Positions 25,040 through 36,806 of a stretch of DNA of 59,773 nt are shown here, one piece after another. The stretch comes from Chiloscyllium plagiosum. Its lineage: Eukaryota. A program made the translations under genes and the position numbers. Position 1 is the first letter of the stretch, and every line of letters begins with the position of its first letter. A model generated the notes under the pieces. That model made no database searches and was not told the origin of the DNA. It worked only from the letters and a program-made list of their open reading frames with translations. Location: assembly GCF_004010195.1 (NCBI RefSeq), contig NC_057718.1, positions 73,927,828-73,987,600 of the forward strand, in the 5' to 3' direction.

Positions 25040-26597
25040 TTGTGAGAAGATTTGTAGCTCAGGTGCTCGTTGCTGTGGTTCTGTTCGCCGAGCTGGAAGT
25101 TAAACGTTTCGTCCCCTGTCTAGGTGACATCCTCAGTGCTTGGGAGCCTCCTGTGAAGCACTTTTCTATGGTGTTTCCTCCGGTATTTATAGTGGCCTGT
25201 CCCTGCCGCTTCCGGTTGTCAGTTTCAGCTGTCCGCTGTAGTGGCCGGTATATTGGGTCCAGGTCTGTGTGTTTGTTGATGGAGTTTGTGGATGAGTGCC
25301 AAGCTTCTAGGAATTCCCTGGCTGTTCTTTGTTTCGCTTGCCCTATAATGGTAGTGTTGTCCCAGTCAAATTCATGTTGCTTGTCGTCTGCATACACGTA
25401 TCTGACCCAGAGTTTGGGTTGAATTTCTGACCCAGAGTTTGGGTTGAATTTCTGACCCAGAGTTTGGGTTGAATTTCTGACCCAGAGTTTGGGTTGAATT
25501 TCTGACCCAGAGTTTGGGTTGAATTTCTGACCCAGAGTTTGGGTTGAATTTCTGACCCAGAGTTTGGGTTGAATTTCTGACCCAGAGTTTGGGTTGAATT
25601 TCTGACCCAGAGTTTGGGTTGAATTTCTGACCCAGAGTTTGGGTTGAATTTCTGACCCAGAGTTTGGGTTGAATTTCTGACCCAGAGTTTGGGTTGAATT
25701 TCTGACCCAGAGTTTGGGTTGAATTTCTGACCCAGAGTTTGGGTTGAATTTGTGGTAAGATTGTTTGTTCTAACCTTTGCATTACTGCTTCTGCTATGAG
25801 TCCCGGTGAGCCAATGCTTGTTCCGTTGATTTGTTCGTATATCTGGTTGTTGAATGTGAAGTGTGTTGTGAGGCACAAGTTCAGTAGTTTAAGTATGCCG
25901 TCTTTGTTGATGGGTTCAACGTCCTGTTGTCTGTTATGTCTGTTCAGCAGGTTGGCTATTGTTTCTCTGGCTAGGGCTTTGTCAATAGAGGTGAACAGTG
26001 CCGTTACGTCGAATGAGACCATGGTTTCTTCCTTGTCTATGTGTATATTTCTGATGATGTCCAAGAATTCCTGTGTTGATTGTAGAGAGTGTCTGGATCC
26101 GCTGACCAGGTGTTTCAGTTTCTGCTGTAGTTCTTTGGCCAGTTTGTATGATGGTGTCCCTGGCAGTGGAGGAGGTTTACCAGGATGTTGCCTGGTATGA
26201 AAGGAAAATCGTATGAGGAAAGACTGAGGCACTGTTTTTTCGCCAGTTTGTGTGATGGTGTCCCTGGTGGTGATACTATGGGTCTGAGTGGGATGTCTGG
26301 TTTGTGCACTTTAGGTAGTCCATAGAATCTGGGGGTATTGTTGCTTTCAGGTTCATTCTTTGTACGTCCGACCTGGTTATCTGTCCGTTTTTTTGTAGGT
26401 TCCTCAGTGTGTTGTTTATCCTATTGGTGAGCTGTGGGGTGGGGTCAAACTCCCTCTTTTGGTAGGTGTTGGTATCTGCAAATAGTTGTTGTGCTTTTTG
26501 GATGTACTCTGCTTTGTCCAGGATGACCGTCATTCTGCCTTTGTCTGCTGGTAGTATGATTTATGTTCTTATCGTTTCTTAGTGATTTTAGTGATTT
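25040..26597 (-). mobile_element. Penelope-like element (second family), 5'-truncated and internally deleted, nested in a CR1
   Basis: RT motifs [44 protein letters not shown]; endonuclease C-terminus HEFDWDNTTII...REFLEAWHS; TAGGAAGGGT TSD (25030-25039, 26598-26607). Confidence 0.92.
25401..25750. repeat. Minisatellite, 14 perfect copies of 25-bp TCTGACCCAGAGTTTGGGTTGAATT
   Basis: Counted directly; no spacers; unit is Penelope RT coding sequence (IQPKLWVR). Confidence 0.97.
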
Positions 26598-27879
26598 TAG
26601 GAAGGGTATGGAAGCTTTAGCGAGGGTGCAGAGGAGATTAACCAGGATGCTGCCTGGACTGGAGGGCATGACTTTAGAAGTAAGGTTGAGGGAGCTAGAG
26701 TTTTTCTCACTGGAGCAAAGAAGGCTGAGAGATGATTTGATAGAGGTGTACAAGATGATGAGAGGCATAGATGAGTGGATAGCCAGAAACTCTTTCCCAG
26801 GGTGGAAATGGCTATCACGAGGGGGCATAATTTTAAGGTGATTGAAGGAAGGTTTAGGGGAGATGTCAGAGGTAGGTTCTTTACACACAGCGTAGTGGGT
26901 GCGTGGAAAGCACTGCCAGCAGTGGTAGTAGAGTCAGGTACATTCGGGACATTTAAGCAACTCTTGGGTAGGCAAATGAATGATAGTAAAATGAAGGGTG
27001 TATATGTTAGTTTGATCTTAGAGTAGAATAAAAGGTTGGCACAACATCGAGAGCTGAAGGGCCTGTACTGTGCTGTACTATTCTTTGTTCTATCATTATA
27101 CTATTCTCTTCACTACATTAGAGTGTTTGACATTTTCAGTACTTCCTTGGTGAAGAGTTTCCTTCTAAATTCTCTGTTTGCTTTATTTTTGTGGCTGTCT
27201 TACATTGATGATCTCTCATTATGCCCTTCCCCATGAGTGGAAACATTCACTGTCTTCACACACTTAAACTTGTCATAATGTTAAAGACCTCTATTAGAAC
27301 GCATCTTTTGTGCTCTTCAATGTATTTCCTTTATCAAAACTGAATGCAATACTCTACCTCTGCTGTAATCAAGTTTTACACCAGATTAGTACACTTGCCC
27401 CACTTTCTAATCCAATTCCTTTAGAATTAAAGCCTGGTGCTTTCTTTATTGGCCTGTAGGACAATATTTAATGTAAGGTGCTTTTATACTTTAATATTCC
27501 TTTAATCATCATTCATTCTTGAACCTCTATCTGTTGTCACTTCCTTATTCTTATCAAAATGTATGATCTCTCGTTTAATCTTGTTGTCAAATATTTGCCC
27601 ATTCTGCAAGAGTATTAATGTCCTTTTGTAATCTGCTGCAGTACTTCTTAGTATTTACTCTTTTTCTCAACAATCTCTTCCTGCTACTGTCCCACAAATT
27701 CTCCAAATTGACAAAGTGTTTTTGAATCCAAAGTCACAAGTATTAATGTAAATTGTCAACAGAAGTGTTCCCAGCATTGATCCATTGGGAACGCCACTTC
27801 TTACCTTCTGCAACTCTGACTACACTTTGCTCCCAGACTTTGGTTTTTATCTTGAAGCCAGTGAGCAACTATGACAGAC

Positions 27880-28720
27880 ACATGGTTGAAGGAGGGACAG
27901 GACTGGTACCTTAATGGGGAGGCATGAGAGGAGAGGCAGTGGCATTTTTGATTAGGGAAAACATCACGGTAGTATTTAGAGAGGATATTCCTGGGGAATA
28001 ATCTAGTGAAACTGTACGGATAGAACTGAAAAATAAAAAGGAGAGGATCACTTTGATGTGATTGTACCTTAAGGCTCCCCCAATAGTTTGCAGGAAATTG
28101 AGGACCAAATATGTAGGGCGATAACTGTAAGAATAAAAGGATTGTAATCGGGGATTTTAACTTTCTAAACATAGACGGGGATTGCCATAGTGTTAAGGGT
28201 TTGGACGGGGAGGAATTTTAGTGTGTACAAGAAAACTTTTTCAATGAATATTCAGATAACCCTACTAGAGATGGGGCAAAAACGTGACCACCTCTTGTGA
28301 AATAAGGCAGGGCACATGACTGAGGTGTTAGTGGGGGACCAGTGACCACAATTCTATTACTTTTAAAATAATTATGGCAAGGGTAAGGCCTGGTCCACAA
28401 GTTAAACTTCTAAATTGGAGCAAGGCCAATTTCGATGGGAGGCTTTTAAAAGTGAGATCATGAGTTTCAGGAACAGCATTTTCCTGCTAAAGCTGGCAGA
28501 ATTAGGATACACTGATTGGAGATATTGAGGGTGTGGTCCAGATATAGACAGATGGGATAAAATGAATCCCTTGAGGATAGGAGTGTAGGAGTATACTGAA
28601 GAGGGAGATTAGGAGGGCAAAAAGGGGTCATGAAGTAGCTTTGGCAGAAAAGCTTAGGAGAATCCAAAAAAAATTGTACAAGTATTTTAAAGGTAAAAGA
28701 GTAACTAGGAGAGTCTCCCC
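27880..28720 (+). mobile_element. CR1 ORF2 endonuclease-region fragment, decayed
   Basis: RGGSGIFD-like, IVIGDFNFLNIDG, SDHNSITF motifs. Confidence 0.7.
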
Positions 28721-29877
28721 ATTCATGCATACTCTTATTCTGTAGTCCAGATGCATAGCATGCTGTGCCATATCTTGGGCTAACCATATTTTATTTACTA
28801 GCCCATTGCAACCTAAATAATTGTTTGAAATTTACTGATTTTGACAAAGTTACAATATACATTTATCACAACCAAATCACGTTTGTTTAGAACTCCGATG
28901 GAAGTGCAAGTATCTTGCTAATGATGGTTGGCTAGTCCAATGTTGTAATGTACTGTAGAATGGAAATCTTTTTAAAGCATGACCTCAGTGGACCTGATGT
29001 TATGTTATATCAAGAGTTTGATTGTTGGTTAATCGATACGTCCATTCAATTTTGTAAATATGGACGCAGATGGAGAGGGCTCTTGTGGTTGTGTCACAGG
29101 GATAGCAAGCCAAACCAAACTAGGCTCACTGTCCCTGGACTTACAACATTCAGTGACTCTTCAGTGCCCAATTATTCCTAGTGAAACTTTATGGATAACA
29201 AAACTTGGACACCAGGTTTTTAATTTAAATAAGAATTGACGCTATTATTAATCTTGCAACTTTTATAGAACACAAGCAAGGAAAGCAAGTCCAATCTCCT
29301 TTTGATCATACTCACTCCACTCTCTCATGCAGACAGCCACAGTTAAGGGATTACAAAGAAAATGAGAGTTGTAAATTGTCAGTTCAATGAACCGATTCAA
29401 GCAATGAATACTAGGTCTTCATGAAATCCTTACATGATGAGTTGTTCACAAGAAAGTAGAACTGCATATCTTTCTTGAAAACTGAAGTCACTGGTTAATG
29501 CAAATGGTTTCAGCATTTATTTATTTATTTATTTTAATAGACTGAGATTGCATTCTTAGAATAGTTAACAGTTCGATAGCTGAGAGATAGCAAAACAAAT
29601 CTCCTACCAAAAAATGGAACGGTTTTCTTTTTCTTTTCTTGATTGACTAATTCAACATCCAAACAACTGCCAACCCGGAGTATAGCAACAGCTCTGTGCT
29701 GATTCATCTCGAATGTCATTAGAGCAGTAATTAAATTGCATTATTTTCCAGGCCGATTCTCAACAGAAGACGTCCGTCTTTATTCTCTTTTCTCTCAAAA
29801 CAAATTGCTAATCAAGGTTCAATTTTTAACTTCAACTGTGATTCAAATGAAAAGATTAAATAAAAAACAATGGACTC

Positions 29878-29975
29878 TGAATGGTGCAGTGGCAATGTAC
29901 CTACCTCTGAGTTAGGAGTCCAGGTTCAAGCCTCACCTACTCCAGTGGTGCATCATGGGATCTCAGCAGGTTAAT
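29878..29975 (+). mobile_element. tRNA-derived SINE head, decayed
   Basis: TGGTGCAGTGG (A box) and GGTTCAAGCC (B box) at tRNA spacing. Confidence 0.5.
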
Positions 29976-32900
29976 AAGTAAATATCTAGACACAAATGCT
30001 CAACTTCTTAGAGTCTTGAAATATTATTTCTAATGCTGATACTTGTGTTTAAAATGTTGTCCCGTTACCACCCTTGACAGTAGTCATTGGCTTGGCACAG
30101 AGGAAAGGAGTCAAATCTATTATTAACTAACTGCTATCTTTAATTAGTTTAGTAAAAACAGACATTGAATTCATACCGTTTGGTTAAGAGGTTAATATAC
30201 ATGCAATTCATGCAAGGCTAAAATCTGTGTGCAAACCTACTAGGTTTCTATTACACTTCCTGAACAAAGAACTTAAAGACTAATACTCAGGAATGGCTCG
30301 TGCTGGCCAGGCAATTTCTCATGTCCTCTGTTATCTCCAAGCTTCCAAGCACAGTACCTTCAACTTCGCAAAGGTTGATATCTGGAGTTTTTTGCTGTCA
30401 GCAAGCCCAAAATCCTTAATTTTTATCCTTTTTCCTTCCCGAACTGTGGTGTCTTATTCTTCATTAGCTTCTTGCCATACTTGCCATGGGGCTCAGATAA
30501 CTTCAGTTCACAAGATGCTGTTTTGATGTGTGAGCAGCATTTGGCCAACATCCACACACCACCCTCCCCAATCCTCAGATCCAAAGACATTTATCTTAGG
30601 ATCATCATTTTCCTTTCGTTCTGCTAACCATTCATGGGATCGCCAACGACCCCCAGTGGGTGTGTGTTTTATATAAAAGAGGTCTACCTACTTAATTAAA
30701 AAGAGAGAACAACTGACTACCCAATTCACACAAACCCTTCTCTAACAACAATGGTCATTTCTGTTTTGTTAGAGCTTCAATTTCTATCTTTCCGATAATT
30801 TCATTTTTCCACCTTCTGAGCTGATACATTTTGAGTATTACAGTTACCAATTGTTATGACACTGGGTAAACCTTCCTGCTTAATTTAAAATCAGCAACAC
30901 AGAAAAGATTTATTTCGTGTAGTCATCTGCAAAAATTCGAGTGGTTGTGGAAAATCTTCGATGGACTTCGTCTTTGCGTTCATGGGGTCAACCTTCCGTA
31001 AAGTAAAAATTAACAACTTTATTTCTTAAAGTGTAACAGAGAATAATGAATTAACCACTATTTACAATTCCTTCCTCTAACCTAGCTTTTACCTTCCCTT
31101 CTATAATACTGGTCTGATAAAATTCCCAATTAAGATTTACAAAACCACACTTCTTATCTCAAAACCAGGCAGCTTTCATTCTCTTATACGGATCTTCCTA
31201 TGTCTTTTCTTCTTAGGAATTTCTTTGTCACGGGTTACTGATCGAAAAACTAATTTTAAGAGAGCTATTATTCAAGAAGTTTGTTTACAGGCTGGGCTTG
31301 GCAGTTCTCCTCTCAATCTCCCCTGGCCTTATACCCCCCCCAGAATGTCAACTGACTAAATTCAATCTGGATTGGAGTTTGATATTTCTTGGGGTATAAT
31401 TTAAATTGATTGGCCGAATTCAAATTTGTTTTTGTCTCCAGGCAATGAGCTAATAGAGTTGTTCGAGCAAGTGTTACATTGATACCTTATTGAGAACACT
31501 TGGTGCTGTGTCTGGTAATTCTGCTGCTTTAAACTCTCTTAAATTACACTCGCATCTTCTTAACACCTTCCCCCTTAAGAAAAAATGAATCATAATAATG
31601 AAAAGATGGCTTCATTTTTTTCTCTACTTTATAAACACCTAACCCTAACATACAGATAACTTTAATATAAGTTTACCTTGACTTCTTCCCATATACCTGT
31701 GTGTGTGTGTATAAATATATAAAAAACATTAAATAAAGGCAAATCTCGTTTAAAGTCTCTGTTAAATCCGCAATACAGCATCAGCGATTACATTCATCCA
31801 ACCGCAACATGTATGAGTTGTAAATTAAAAGTCTGTAACATAAGACTCCAACAGAATAGTCGCATTTTCTTATCTTTAAACTGTTCTAAGAATATAAGCA
31901 GATTGTGGTCAGTGTACAGAACGGTCTCTGCACCATTGTTTGTGACATATACATTAAAATGCTGTAAGGCCAGTACAAAACTCAATAGTTCCTTTTCGAT
32001 TGTGGAGTATTTCCTCTGGTGGATGTTGATCATCTTTGAAAAGTAACCAACTGGCAGTTCAATCCCATCCTCATCTTCCTGTGGGAGTACAGCTCCAATG
32101 CCAATGTCACTAGCATCAATTACGACTTTAAAATGTTTTGAAACGTTTGGTGTAGCTAAAACTGCTTTGGTGGTTAATATCAATTTTGAAATGGTCGAAT
32201 GCCACCTGGCATTGTTCAGTCCACCGAAATCTTGTGGTGTTCTTCAGCAAATCGGTTAACGGTGCCACTACACTGTTGACGTTTGAAGAAACATTCGAAT
32301 TGAATGTTTAAAGAGAATCGAAGCATCTCTTTCTTCAAGATTGGTTGTGGAAATTCCCCAATGGCCTTCGTCTTTGCGTTCTGTGGGGTCAACCTTCTGT
32401 GATTGATGTTATGTCCCAAGAATGTCACCGCTGCTTTCGCGAATTCAGTTTTATTTAAGTATATCACCAATATTGCTTCTCGGAGTCTTTCAAAGAGCTC
32501 TGTCAACTGTTCCATGTGATCTTTCCAGGATTAACTAAAGATCACTACTTCGTCCAAATAGTCTGCACAGTTTGTTAAACCAGCCCCAACTCTGTTCATG
32601 AGTGTTTGGAATGTGACGGTTGCGTTCTTCACTCCAAAGGGCATCACTTTAAACTGATATAGCCCACTCCCAAGTTGGACTTAATGCGTCCAAAATTTAT
32701 TTCACCGTCTCTGATAAAGGTACTTGCCAGTAACCATGCATTAAGTTCAACTTGGTGATGTAACTGCTTGTCCGACTTTCTTGATACCGTCCTCCAATCT
32801 CGGAATTGGATATGAGTCTGATTTTGTAACGGTGTTGACCTTCCAATAATCCATGCACAATCATGGAGTCCAGTCTGGTTTGGGAACTAAGACGATCGGT

Positions 32901-33386
32901 GAACTCCACTCGCTGTGGCTTGTTTTGATGATGCTCTCGTCAAGCATGGCGTCCACCTCCATCTGGACCTATCTGGCTTTGAAAAGATTAAGCCAACAGG
33001 GGTGTTGGTTTATTGGAACAGTATTTCCCACATCTACTTCGTATACAATAGCATTAGTCTTCCCCATCTGATTCTTACATATGTCCTTTTACTGTAATAA
33101 CAAATCTTTCAACTGCATTCTACGCTACTGAGACAGATAGCTTACTAATCTATCCCATTTCTCGAGGACTACTTCATTTTAAAATCTATTTTGAGGGACC
33201 TCAAAATCTATATCATCTGGATTTGATTCCTCACTCTGCAAGGCAGTAACTAATACCTGTTTCTCCAGTTCTCTCTCTCTCTAGAGTAATATGGTTTCGA
33301 CATGTTCACATGACACATCCGATAGATTTTTTTTCTATCTGGCATCTTTACTAGATAGTTCACCTGACTCAACCTTTTCTCAATTT

Positions 33387-33763
33387 TCTCAATACATATA
33401 AGATTATGAAAGAATTGGACACTCTGGCAGCAGGAAACATGTTTCTGCTGATGGGTGAGTGCCGAACCAGAGGACACAGCTTAAAAATACGGGGTAGACC
33501 ATTTAGGACAGAGATGAGGAGAAACCTCTTCACCCAGAGAGTGGTGGCTGTGTGGAATGCTCTGCCCCAGAGGGCAGTGGAGGCCCAGTCTCTGGGTTCA
33601 TTTAAGGAAGAGTTGGATAGAGCTCTCAAAGATAGTGGAATCAAGGGTTATGGAGATAAGGCAGGAAGAGGATACTGATTAGGAATGATCAGCCATGATC
33701 ATATTGAATGGCGGTGCAGGCTCGAAGGGCAGAATGGCCTACTCCTGCACCTATTGTCTATTG
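33387..33763 (+). mobile_element. CR1 LINE 3' end nested in the Gmr1-like integrase
   Basis: RTRGHSLKIRG...FTQRVVAVWNALP ORF2 C-terminus, (CTATTGT)n tail, TCAATTT TSD. Confidence 0.9.
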
Positions 33764-34712
33764 TCAATTTGATAGGAACCACTAAACCTGGCTTTGAAGG
33801 GATCTCCTATCATTGGTAACAGTACTAACACATTATCCCCTTGGGCGAATGTCTGAGTCTCGGAGAGCTTTTATATGCCACCTGTTTCATTCTACATTGT
33901 GGTTAAAAACAATGACTGCAGATGCTGGAATGTGCTGGATGCACATTCTACATTGTGCCCTCTTTAGATGCTGTTTAGCTAACTCACCTGCTTTATTTAG
34001 TCTCTCCCTCACCTCCAATACTTTGGTCCTGTAAATGTTTTCTTTAATTAATTTCAAAGGGTCTCTCACTTCATGACAGAATATTAACTTGAAGGGAGTA
34101 AACTGAGTAGATTCATTTGGGGCATCTCTAATGGCAAACAATACAAATGGAATACCTTTTATCCCAATTATTCTGGTAACCTTGACAGTATGGTCTCAAC
34201 ATGGTCTTCAAGGTCTGATGCCACCGTTCAAAAGTTCCCTTGGATTCAGGATGATAAGAACTGGATTTAAAATGCTGTATACCTAAGCTATTCATAGCCT
34301 CCTTAAACAGCCTAGCTGTAAAATTTGACCCTTGGTCTGACTGAATCTCTCTGGGTAGCCCATACCATGTGGAAAAAAAGCTACTAACCCCTCTACTAGC
34401 CTTTTTGCCTTGATTCTCCGAAATGGATATGCCTCCGGAAATCTGGTAGACACATCCATTATGGTTAACAAGTACTGGTTTTCGGTAGGGGACCTACATA
34501 ACCAATTATAAACCCGAGTGAAAGGTTCTTTAAATGCAGGAATTGGCAACAAAGGTGCTGGTTTTATTAAGCCTGTGGCTTAGCTACCATTTGGCATGTT
34601 TGACACGTATGGCAAAAGTTAACCAATTCTTGTGCCTTACAGGCCCATACAAATGTTTTTGTACCTTAGCCTGAGTCTTTTGTACAGGTAGTTCATGTGC
34701 TACCTGTAACAC

Positions 34713-35180
34713 ATACAAGGATGTTGCCAGGGTTGGAGGATCTGAGCTAAAGGGAGAGGCTGAACAGGCTGGGTCTGATTTCCCTGGAGCGTCGGAGGCT
34801 GAGGGGTGACCTTAGAGGTTTACAAAATTATGAGGGGCATGGATAGGATAAATAGACAAGTCTTTTCCCTGGGGTCGGGGAGTCCAGAGCTAGAGGGCTT
34901 AGGTTTAGGGTAGAGGGGAAAGATATAAAAGAGGCCTAAGGGGCAACCTTTTCATGCAGAGGGTGGTGCTTGTATGGAATGAGCTGCCAGAGGATGTGGT
35001 GGAGGCTAGTACAATTGCAAAATTTAAGAGGCATTTGGATGGGTATATGAATAGGAAGGGTTTGGAGGGATATGGGTCGGGTGCTGACAGGTGGACTAGA
35101 TTGGGTTGGGATATCTGGTCGGCATGTACGGGTTGGACCGAAGGGTCTGTTTCCATGCTGTACATCTCTATGACTCTATG
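34713..35180 (+). mobile_element. CR1 LINE 3' end nested in the Gmr1-like element
   Basis: QRVVLVWNELPEDVVEA...FKRHLD, (CTCTATGA)n tail, ACAC flanks. Confidence 0.9.
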
Positions 35181-36487
35181 ACACCCTGTCTGTATGCTAC
35201 AGGCAACACAATCTGGTGCACTTTGGCCCATTTCTCCTCTGCAATAATCTGCTGTGGTCTCCATTTCCATCAGAGGATTCTGTCTTTCAGATAATAAACC
35301 TCAGGGATATTCTCTGCCTCCTTTTTGGAGTAGACATCCACATAAATATCTTTTATCGTCTTGCCTTGCTGTTGTAAGTCTCTTAGCCTTTCAGCACTAA
35401 GGTTGACCCTCTGCACCATTACATCAAACAGGGTATATGATAACTGAACCTCAACTCCTTCATCTTTCTCTTTACTTTTCACTTTGTACTGTGACTTTAT
35501 AATGGTTACCACACAGTCTGGGAAAATACCCAGGATTTTTGTATTTTAACTCCTCAGTTTCTTGGTCTTCCTTGGGCTTCTCCACAACAAGGGGTGTCAC
35601 TCCCACCTTGGATCCTGCCAAATCGTTCCCAAGAACGAACTGAATTCCTGGAACTGACACTCTGTCAATCACTCCCACTGTAACTTCCCCAGTCTTGACT
35701 TGGCACTCCAACCTCATCTTACATAGGGGAATGCTAAATTTCTGTCCATCTATCCCATAAATTACCACACTCTCTGGTAACAGATCAGAAAGAGTGCATT
35801 CCTTACTATCAGCGACTGGTTAGATCCTGTATCTCTCAAAATTATAACTTGTCCTTCTCGCCCTGTTCTTTCTGATTTAAACTTTAGATTAGATTAGATT
35901 ACTTAGTGTGGAGACAAGCCCTTCAGCCCAACAAGTCCACACCGACCCGCAACCCACTCAGACCCACCCACAGAGGCAAATTATTTTTAGAGATCAGATA
36001 CTCGCTCCATACCCAGCCCCTGCCTCGGCTGTGCACTCTCCTGCAACTTCTCAGCTCTTCTTAGGGTCTCCTTTACTACCTTCTCTAATGCCTCTGGCTG
36101 AGCTTCTTTTACCACATCTTTTCCCACAGTGCCTTTCTTTAATGACCAGGAATGTGCATTTAAGAATCCCACCTTCTGGCGGTGCAAATACCTTTTCCCA
36201 GTGCCTTCTCAAACCACTGACACTGTAATTTTCTGTGTTCCACTCCATTTCAGTGAAAACACCTGAGGCCTTTCACCTCCTTTTCCACCCTCTTGGGCTG
36301 CTTTTTTTATCCTGTGGTAAAATCTTACCAGTGCTCTCTAATGTAGTGTAGGATCTCCCCTTCTCCCAACTTATATCCCCCATAGGACGAAATTCTGGCT
36401 GGCAGCTTGTCTTATGCACCAGCATGTTCCCATCTGCTAATTCTGCTGCCCTTTTCACTTCCTGAACTTTCTGTTTCTCCACGTGAT

Positions 36488-36806
36488 TGATTAGATTAGA
36501 CTACCTACAGTATGGAAACAGGCCCTTCGGTCCAACAAGTCCACACCGACCCTCTGAAGAGCAACACACCCAGACCCAGTCCCCTACCCTATATTTACCC
36601 CTGACTAATATACCCAACACTATGGACAATTTAGCATGGGCAATTTAGTATGGCCACTTCACCTGACCTGCACATCTTTGGATTGTGGGAGGAAACCCAC
36701 GCAGACATGGGGAGAATGTGCAAACTCCACACAAGGTGGGAATCGAACCCAGGACCCTGGCACTGTGAGGCAACAGTGTTAACCACTGAGCTACCATGCT
36801 GCCCAG
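36488..36806 (-). mobile_element. HE1-type tRNA-derived SINE nested in Gmr1-like gag (a truncated copy also at ~35885-35968)
   Basis: Minus strand head GGGCAGCATGGTAGCTCAGTGGTTAACACTG...GGGTTCGATTCC with pol III A/B boxes, central GTGTGGAGTTTGCACATTCTCCCC, (TCTAA)n tail. Confidence 0.85.

Larger units (their letters stand above)
24790..27092 (+). mobile_element. CR1 LINE 3' fragment interrupted by the Penelope element
   Basis: [36 protein letters not shown] across the insertion. Confidence 0.88.

Noticed and set aside
25401..25750. CRISPR-like array of 25-bp repeats
   Set aside because: Units are head-to-tail with no spacers, derive from Penelope RT coding sequence, and the context is a vertebrate intron with no cas genes
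36740..36806. tRNA gene-like A/B boxes (also ~10270-10336, ~50735-50795, ~29880-29930)
   Set aside because: SINE heads attached to SINE bodies; no complete cloverleaf seen
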